Shown here: piece after piece, positions 57,338 through 64,000 of the stretch
Layout of the letters: each line of letters opens with the position of its first letter
How positions within the stretch are numbered: position 1 is the stretch's first letter
DNA from: Nostoc sp. DedSLP01
Lineage (GTDB): Bacteria; Cyanobacteriota; Cyanobacteriia; Cyanobacteriales; Nostocaceae
Length of the DNA stretch: 64,000 nt
Assembly: GCA_034530875.2 (NCBI GenBank)
Contig: JAVRCJ020000027.1
Coordinates: forward strand, 32,001-96,000
Direction: 5' to 3'
Made by a program: the position numbers and the translations under genes
Notes under the pieces: model-generated
Database searches by the model: none
What the model saw: only the letters and a program-made list of their open reading frames with translations
Told to the model about the DNA's origin: nothing

Positions 57338-57721
57338 TTGGCAACTATAATGGCTGATGGCAATAATTTTTGGGACAAACTAGATGAATTAGTAGCTAGT
57401 AGTACTCTCATAATTGAACGCCCAAAAGGAACGCCACATTTACGGTATCCATCTTTTATTTACCCATTCGACTATGGATATTTACAAGATACTCAAGCTG
57501 GAGATGGAGCTAATATTGATGTCTGGATAGGAAGCTTATCTAGAAAGAATGTAACTGCTGTTATTTGTAGTATTGACTTGGCAAAGCGAGATACAGAAAT
57601 CAAAATACTTTTAGGTTGTACATCTCATGACGCTCAAGAAATATTGAACATCCACAATATAGGTTCTCAATCAGCAATACTATTGGTTCGTCCTGGGTCT
57701 ATAGCTATTAGCACTCAATAA
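57338..57721 (+). CDS. small inorganic-pyrophosphatase-like protein
   Basis: IERPKG, YPFDYGYL, GDGANIDV. Confidence 0.75.
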   Translation: MATIMADGNNFWDKLDELVASSTLIIERPKGTPHLRYPSFIYPFDYGYLQDTQAGDGANIDVWIGSLSRKNVTAVICSIDLAKRDTEIKILLGCTSHDAQEILNIHNIGSQSAILLVRPGSIAISTQ

Positions 57722-57950
57722 AATAAATTAATTCTCTAAACATATATCTATAGAATAATTTATTTTTTACATATTCTATGATGCAAAAACAAATTTTTAA
57801 AGTACTATAAGTTTATCGATTTACCGTATATGATTAAATATCATTAACCTAGCCACAGAAATATCGATATAGAGAAGGGCTAGGTGATCCATTGAGTGTA
57901 TCTATTGCAGGCAGTAGATATCAGACTAAATACATCTAGGAATTCATCTC

Positions 57951-58751
57951 ATGAGCTTAGATTTACAACTATCGGGTAAAACGGCAATTGTCACGGGTGG
58001 TAGTGCTGGTATTGGTTTAGCGATCGCCAAATCCCTCTATAGTGAAGGTGTAAATGTAGCGATCGCAGCTCGGAATCCCGAACGGCTAGAGAATGCACTC
58101 AGCACCATCCAATCCCTACCGACGCCAGGGGCAAAAGTCATTTCTATCACTGCCGATTTAACTCAGACAGAAAGTGTCGAGCGAGTTGTTTCAACTACAC
58201 TGGCACAGTTTGGCAAGATTGATATCTTGATTAACAACGCAGGTTCAGCCCGTGCAGGGTCTTTCCTGGAGTTGAGCGATGATGCTTTTTTGGATGCTTG
58301 GAACCTGAAATTACTCGGCTATATCCGTTTAGTGAGAGCCGTTGTTCCTCATCTCAAAAGTCAACGTGATGGGCGAATTGTCAATATTATCGGTGGTGCT
58401 GGACGCACGCCTCGGCCGGGGTTCCTGCCTGGTGGTACGACAAATGCTGCCCTGTTGAACTTCACACGGGGCATTTCTAAAGAATTAGCCAGAGATAACA
58501 TTCGCATTAACGCCATCTCGCCGGGTCTGACAGCAACAGAACGTGCGGAAACTTTAGCACAGCAAAATGCTCAGGCTCGTGGTGTGAGTGTAGAAGAAAT
58601 TAAAGCAGAATCTTTGCAAGCTATTCCTTTAGGAAAAATCGTCAAACCACAAGAAATAGCTGCACTAGCTTTATTTTTAGTATCTGACCTTGCTTCTTCG
58701 ATTACAGGTGCAGAGATTTTGGTTGATGGTGGAAATACTCCAGGTGTTTAG
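57951..58751 (+). CDS. SDR family oxidoreductase (no canonical YxxxK seen)
   Basis: TGGSAGIG, NNAG, NAISPG, VDGG. Confidence 0.9.
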   Translation: MSLDLQLSGKTAIVTGGSAGIGLAIAKSLYSEGVNVAIAARNPERLENALSTIQSLPTPGAKVISITADLTQTESVERVVSTTLAQFGKIDILINNAGSARAGSFLELSDDAFLDAWNLKLLGYIRLVRAVVPHLKSQRDGRIVNIIGGAGRTPRPGFLPGGTTNAALLNFTRGISKELARDNIRINAISPGLTATERAETLAQQNAQARGVSVEEIKAESLQAIPLGKIVKPQEIAALALFLVSDLASSITGAEILVDGGNTPGV

Positions 58752-58855
58752 GCATTGCTGGTTTCATGTATGAAAACGATTGTCGAAGGAGAAGTTGCAA
58801 TGCAACGTCTCCACATCTGGGGAATATTGGTGTTTAGATATTGACTAATTTCACA

Positions 58856-58990
58856 ATGACTACGAAAACCAAACAACTAAAACTAGGCGCATTTCTACCA
58901 TGTCATCATGTAGCAGCTTGGCAACATCCCCAAGCGCAGGCAGATAGGGGGTTGAGTTTTCAACCTACACCCTACACCGAATGGCACTAA
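58856..58990 (+). pseudogene. 5' remnant of an NtaA/SnaA/DszA-family flavin-dependent monooxygenase
   Basis: MTTKTKQLKLGAFLPCHHVAAWQHPQAQADRGLSFQ, then runs into a TACACCC repeat and stops. Confidence 0.7.
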
Positions 58991-59120
58991 CAAAACGTGG
59001 AACCTCGTTTGGGCAGGGTGTAGGGTGTAGGGAAAAATCAAGAAAAGTAAATATGAGTAAAGACACAAATAAATCTCTTCCTCACTACACCCCACACCCC
59101 ACACCCCACACCCACTCATC
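58964..59120. repeat. TACACCC/CACACCC repeat element with inverted arms
   Basis: CCTACACCCTACACC ... GGGTGTAGGGTGTAGGG; CACACCC tandem units. Confidence 0.75.
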
Positions 59121-59238
59121 CTTATGAATAGTGAATTTGCCGATATCTTAGTGCCATTCCCCCCTACACCCTTCTTTTTGACGTAATCTCTTTGGCTGTG
59201 TTAAAGCACAAGAGTAGCTGCTAAGGAAACTTTTTACT

Positions 59239-60195
59239 TTGTTGGGCATCCTGATAGTTCTTCTATCTTCATTTTTTTTGTCATTCCATAACGTTACAGT
59301 CCGAGTTTTATTTTCAGAACATCTTGTACTGAGCTTATTTTTACTCGGTGGATACGTTAAACCTGATTTGCAGAATTCTTTCTTGCTGATGTTTATGCGA
59401 ATGTTGTTAGTAGTTCCATTGATGGCATTTGTAGCATTTAAATTATATCCATCAGCACCTAAAGAATTTCTCAGCTTATTTAGACAGGAACGCCGAGACG
59501 TGACGATCCAAGCCTTTGGCTGTGGAGTACTAATGTTTATGTATGTTACGTCACTCTATATCGCCATTGGCTTGATTCCTGCGGGAATTGCGCTTACCCT
59601 CTTTTTCACCTATCCGGTGTTTACGGCGCTACTATCTTGGAAGTTTTTTGGAGATTCTCCCACACCCTTCAGTTGGTTAGTGATGGGTATTATTCTAGTG
59701 GGCGGCGTTCTCACCGTTCCTCATTCTGCTAGTCATAGCAGTAATAATATTGCGATCGGTATTTGCGCCAGCGTAATCGCTGGTATTTTTAACGCCTTCT
59801 ACAACGTCCTCGCTCAAAAATGCTTGCAAAAATTCCATCCAGTTCCTTTTACCTGGATTAGTTTTGCCTCAACTCTACTGCTTTCTGGTATTGGCTTACT
59901 GTTCTTTTCACCTCCCAGTGCCCAGCTTGATTGGACGCCTATGTGGATTGGCAGCATTTTTTCTGGTCTAGTCAGTTTTATCGGACACACTCTCAACAAT
60001 TTAGGCATTCGCGCGATCGGCGCAACTACCGCCTCGATTATCGGTGCTAGCAGCCCAGCAATGACAGCCTTAGTCGCATGGGCAACAATTAGCGAAACCT
60101 TAAATCTCATTCAATGTGTAGGGATTGGTATCGTTACATTAGGCATTGCTTTGTTGAGTCGAGAAAACTTTCTGCGTCAGCGTAGTCCGTCGTAA
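59239..60195 (+). CDS. DMT/EamA family transporter
   Basis: about 10 TM in two repeats, LFFTYPVFT. Confidence 0.88.
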   Translation: MLGILIVLLSSFFLSFHNVTVRVLFSEHLVLSLFLLGGYVKPDLQNSFLLMFMRMLLVVPLMAFVAFKLYPSAPKEFLSLFRQERRDVTIQAFGCGVLMFMYVTSLYIAIGLIPAGIALTLFFTYPVFTALLSWKFFGDSPTPFSWLVMGIILVGGVLTVPHSASHSSNNIAIGICASVIAGIFNAFYNVLAQKCLQKFHPVPFTWISFASTLLLSGIGLLFFSPPSAQLDWTPMWIGSIFSGLVSFIGHTLNNLGIRAIGATTASIIGASSPAMTALVAWATISETLNLIQCVGIGIVTLGIALLSRENFLRQRSPS

Positions 60196-60232
60196 TATTG
60201 TTCTCCGTTCCCTCTTAATTAGCCTGCCGAAA

Positions 60233-61012
60233 ATGATTGATATTCAACATTTAACTTCGCTCCATAGCTTACTTTTATTCGCTACCGCTTTTATTGCAGG
60301 CGGGTTAAATGCTGTAGCAGGCGGTGGGAGTTTTATTACCTTTCCGGTGCTGATTTTTACAGGTGTACCGCCGATCGCGGCTAATGCTACCAATAATACC
60401 GCCCTTTGGGTAGCTGCTCTAGCTAGTGCTGGAGCCTACCGTCAAGATTTAGGTATTAAGCGGCAAGTTTTTTTGCTGTTATGCGGCATAAGCCTACTCG
60501 GTGGAATTATTGGCTCTATAGCTTTGTTATATACATCAGCAAATGTGTTTAACAAGCTCATTCCCTATTTATTACTATTAGCAACCCTAGTATTTACCTT
60601 TGGTGATGCTTTTAGAGGATGGTTGCAACTTCAAAACCAAAAGTCAACGCCCGATGTACCTATATTTAATTTAGCCTTAGCACAATTAGCCATCGCCATC
60701 TACGGCGGTTTTTTCGGCGCAGGTTTGGGAATTTTAATGCTGGCAACCCTATCTTTTTTAGGTATCAAAAATATTCATACAATAAATGCCTTTAAAGCAT
60801 TTTTAGGAAGCTGTATTAATGGAATTGCAATTATCCCATTTATTTTTGCAGGCGTAATTCTTTGGCAACAGGCAATTTTAATGGCAGTGGGTGGTTCTTT
60901 GGGTGGATATTTAAGCGCCCATTATGCACGTAAAGTCAAACCCCAACTAATTCGGAAATTTGTCATACTTGTTGCCTTTAGTATGACTATCTACTTTTTT
61001 ATTTGCGGCTAG
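60233..61012 (+). CDS. TauE/SafE family exporter
   Basis: NAVAGGGSFITFP, ANATN, YGGFFGAGLG. Confidence 0.9.
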   Translation: MIDIQHLTSLHSLLLFATAFIAGGLNAVAGGGSFITFPVLIFTGVPPIAANATNNTALWVAALASAGAYRQDLGIKRQVFLLLCGISLLGGIIGSIALLYTSANVFNKLIPYLLLLATLVFTFGDAFRGWLQLQNQKSTPDVPIFNLALAQLAIAIYGGFFGAGLGILMLATLSFLGIKNIHTINAFKAFLGSCINGIAIIPFIFAGVILWQQAILMAVGGSLGGYLSAHYARKVKPQLIRKFVILVAFSMTIYFFICG

Positions 61013-61110
61013 CAGTGATGTATGGCGGCAGATACTAAACAACCAGAACTTATGTATATTAATTACAGCAATAGGATAGGGGATAGATTTTTTAATTGAT
61101 AGTATCACTT

Positions 61111-61201
61111 ATATAGCAATACAGTTCAGATAAGACCAAAACACTTGTAGAGACGGCGATTTATCGCGTCTCATAAACCCACTGAACCGTATTGAGTTAT
61201 A
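61111..61201. mobile_element. MITE-like element carrying a GTAGAGACG palindrome
   Basis: ends TATAGCAATACAGTTCAG / CTGAACCGTATTGAGTTATA. Confidence 0.6.
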
Positions 61202-61309
61202 TTAGGACTCATATTTGATTTCGTGAAAGATACGGTAGTAGCGTGGCTGAAAAATACTGTATTTATCTCGTTAATTAGACTACATTTACACCTAATTTTA
61301 GTAACAAAA

Positions 61310-61696
61310 ATGACTACAATAAATGACCCTGCTGTTGTTGCTGAAGTAACTGATTTATACCTGAAGTACGAAGAAGCTTTAGCTAATAACAATCTGGATG
61401 TGATGGATAGTTTATTTTGGGATGCATCAGAAGTAGTGCGTTTTGGTATAACTGAAAACCTCTATGGTAGTGAAGAGATTCGCAATTTTCGCGCCTCTCG
61501 GCCGAACCCAAAAATTGAGCGAGAAATTTCCAATCTCAAAGTTGTAACCTTTGGAAAAGATACAGCAACGGTGACTTTAGAATTTCGCCGCATTATCAAT
61601 AATGTAGAGCGTTTTGGGAGACAAAGCCAAACTTGGTACAGATTTCCTCAAGGATGGAAGGTTGTTTCTGCTCATGTTTCTTTGTTGCCAATATGA
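61310..61696 (+). CDS. hpxZ: AtzH-like / oxalurate catabolism protein
   Basis: YEEAL, LFW, RFGITENLYG..EIRNFR, GRQSQTW, WKVVSAHVS. Confidence 0.85.
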   Translation: MTTINDPAVVAEVTDLYLKYEEALANNNLDVMDSLFWDASEVVRFGITENLYGSEEIRNFRASRPNPKIEREISNLKVVTFGKDTATVTLEFRRIINNVERFGRQSQTWYRFPQGWKVVSAHVSLLPI

Positions 61697-61932
61697 ATTA
61701 CACAACTAAGCTATTTCTTTAACATTCAATTTTGGCAACAGTCTCAGCTGCCGATGGCTACGATCTTACCTTTACCTGAGCTAAACTCATTAGAAATAAT
61801 TACTCTAACAAATAATAAAGAAAAAGATGTTGAAATATCGTGAATTCATTTGATTGGTTATTTATGGCTGTCTTTAATACATGAATTTTGAATTCTGAAA
61901 CTATCTAGCTTGTAAAAATTTTTGAGTTTATT

Positions 61933-62667
61933 ATGACTAACATTAGTGAAATTGCTCCTGATATCTATCGCATTTCTACATACGAACCAACAATAGATTT
62001 GCAATTCATCCAGTTTTTGGTTAAGGATGAAGAACCATTATTGTTTCATACCGGTCTCAAAAGGATGTTTCCACTGGTACGGGATGCAGTAGCAAAGATT
62101 ATTGAACCCTCACAAATTCGCTGGATTAGCTTTAGTCATTTTGAAGCCGATGAATGTGGATCGCTCAATGAATGGCTGACTATTGCGCCAAATGCTCAGA
62201 CAGTTTGTAGTGCGATCGCAGCTTTTGTTAGTGTAGATGATTTTGCCATCCGTCCGTCGAAAACTTTAGAACATAATCAAGTTTTAAACACTGGAAAATA
62301 TAACTTTCAATTTCAACAAACACCACAAGTACCCCACGGTTGGGACGCAGGATTGTTATTTGAAACCACCCATAAGACACTACTGTGTTCGGATCTTTTT
62401 CATCAGTTTGGAGATGTAGAGCCACTAACTGAGTCTGATGTAATTGACCGTTTTCGTAAAACTATCGTTAATTACGAAGCAAGTCCTTATTTTAATTACA
62501 TACCTTATACAACACATAGCGATCGCATTATCCAAGAATTAGCAGCACTCAAGCCACGAACCCTAGCAACAATGCACGGTTCAACCTTCGTGGGAGATGG
62601 CGAACGAGCATTGCAAGATTTAGCTGCGATGCTGCATGAAGTATTAGTATTGAACAAGAAGAAATGA
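61933..62667 (+). CDS. metallo-beta-lactamase-fold protein (flavodiiron N-terminal/ODP-like)
   Basis: [24 protein letters not shown]. Confidence 0.82.
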   Translation: MTNISEIAPDIYRISTYEPTIDLQFIQFLVKDEEPLLFHTGLKRMFPLVRDAVAKIIEPSQIRWISFSHFEADECGSLNEWLTIAPNAQTVCSAIAAFVSVDDFAIRPSKTLEHNQVLNTGKYNFQFQQTPQVPHGWDAGLLFETTHKTLLCSDLFHQFGDVEPLTESDVIDRFRKTIVNYEASPYFNYIPYTTHSDRIIQELAALKPRTLATMHGSTFVGDGERALQDLAAMLHEVLVLNKKK

Positions 62668-63224
62668 CTATTCCACCATTAGTACAAAAAGCGCGATTGC
62701 TGGCTGCACAAATGGAGTTTACCCAATCCTCGCTTCCAGAAGTCGGCCGTTTGTTGCACGTCCTCACCAACCACATCACACAAGGTAAAATTGGTGAAAT
62801 TGGTACTGGATGCGGTGTTGGTGCGGCTTGGATTGTTAGTGCTTTACACCCAGATACTACATTTATCACGATTGAAATTGATTCTCAGCTTGCCTCACTT
62901 GTGCAACAGCTATTTCCAGACAAGTCAAATGTCAGCATACTTCAAGGAGACTGGCACGATTTACTCACCGATGCTCCTTTTGATTTGTTATTTGTCGATG
63001 GCGGAAAAGCAAAACTGGCTGAACCTCACACATTGATAACTGCTCTCAAACTTGGAGGTTTTATAATACTAGACGATCTTACCCCTGAAGAGTACTGGCC
63101 TCCAGAATGGCAAGGAAGAACAGATCCCATCAGAGAATTTTGGTTGAAAGATCCTCGCGTTGCTGCTACTGAAATTCGTGTCACAGCCAAAAATACAGTA
63201 ATTATAGCAACACGCATTCAATAG
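62664..63224 (+). CDS. O-methyltransferase-like protein
   Basis: [22 protein letters not shown]; 4-nt overlap with the upstream gene. Confidence 0.85.
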   Translation: MTIPPLVQKARLLAAQMEFTQSSLPEVGRLLHVLTNHITQGKIGEIGTGCGVGAAWIVSALHPDTTFITIEIDSQLASLVQQLFPDKSNVSILQGDWHDLLTDAPFDLLFVDGGKAKLAEPHTLITALKLGGFIILDDLTPEEYWPPEWQGRTDPIREFWLKDPRVAATEIRVTAKNTVIIATRIQ

Positions 63225-63276
63225 AATTACAAACAAAAATTACTTCCTATTAAGCGTACAAGAATTAATTCTATAT

Positions 63277-63381
63277 ATACCAATTTGAAAAAATAATGTG
63301 ACAAATAAACCTCTTGTAGAGACTTGATTTATTGCGTCTTCATCCAAAAATTATGTTGCAATGATTCTTTGAATTGGTATT
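63277..63381. mobile_element. MITE-like element with ATACCAATT ends
   Basis: TATACCAATTTGAAAA ... TTGAATTGGTAT; internal GTAGAGAC palindrome; similar end near 31812-31838 and 49970-49990. Confidence 0.6.
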
Positions 63382-63480
63382 AAATACTCTGTTATAGCCG
63401 TAGTCAGATATGTTAGGACATTTTAAAAGCTTGAATGCCAGGAATTAGTAATACTTTTACCTCCTGCCTCCTGCCATATA

Positions 63481-64000
63481 TTAAGGTTTGCGAATATAGC
63501 CCCATTTCCCTCCTGTAAAATATTCTGTCACTTGTTCCCGGTCTTGTTTTACTTCTCCACCAACATTAACTAATGCCATGCCTTGAAAAAAAGGTTTAGC
63601 AAAATCGAAATCTCGTGGAATTATAAATTCACCAAACCGATTAATATAACCCCACTTACCTCCAACTTTAACAGCAGCTAATTCTTCTGAAAAAATATCA
63701 GCCTCATAAAATTGAGGCTCTATAATAAATTCTCCAGTTTTATCAATATATCCCCATTTATTACCAAGCTTAACTAATGCAAAACCTTCAGAAAAACTAG
63801 TAACATCATCAAATTTATAATCAATTAAAATCTCACTATTTTGATTAATAAATCCCCATTTATCAGCCATTTTTACGGCAGCCCTATCTTCAGAGAATGA
63901 TTTAGCATCATCAAATTGAGCAGCAATACCAATCGCACCTGTTTTATCGATATATCCCCACTTATCAAACATTTTTATAGCTGCCATACCTAACGAGAAA
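63481..64000 (-). CDS. WG-repeat protein (5' part outside the window)
   Basis: repeated KWGYID..G...I..QF..A..FSEG.A units. Confidence 0.9.
   Translation of the reverse strand, partial: FSLGMAAIKMFDKWGYIDKTGAIGIAAQFDDAKSFSEDRAAVKMADKWGFINQNSEILIDYKFDDVTSFSEGFALVKLGNKWGYIDKTGEFIIEPQFYEADIFSEELAAVKVGGKWGYINRFGEFIIPRDFDFAKPFFQGMALVNVGGEVKQDREQVTEYFTGGKWGYIRKP

Overview
Chromosomal window from a heterocyst-forming cyanobacterium (Nostocales), judged from frequent HIP1 (GCGATCGC) sites, STRR heptamer repeats and the kaiABC-tolC(hgdD) gene order. It contains a cobalamin-riboswitch-led cobG-cobH-cobI operon, two Ser/Thr kinases and a split 5-oxoprolinase (A and B) separated by accessory cassettes. 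It also has a TetR-linked DevBCA-type exporter, a LysR/SDR pair, an HTH-STAND(NB-ARC)-TPR regulator facing a ferritin-like diiron + cis-prenyltransferase pair, glycerate kinase/ycf20, an ArnT-like glycosyltransferase, a CBS hybrid kinase divergent from kaiABC, and a distal cluster of small catabolic/redox genes. The most notable non-coding structures are: (i) three tandem promoter-core-terminator units at 50.1-50.6 kb resembling the heterocyst sRNA NsiR1, with no hetF in the window; (ii) a phased CCRACT repeat array present in three copies between the STAND regulator and the diiron/prenyltransferase genes, two copies bracketing a PIN toxin-antitoxin pair; (iii) a two-gene Cys/His-enzyme cassette bracketed by a duplication of the oxoprolinase-B start; (iv) several tiny repeat elements inserted in frame within proteins. 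I saw no rRNA, tRNA, CRISPR array or transposase. All family calls come from motif recognition by eye, not database searches.
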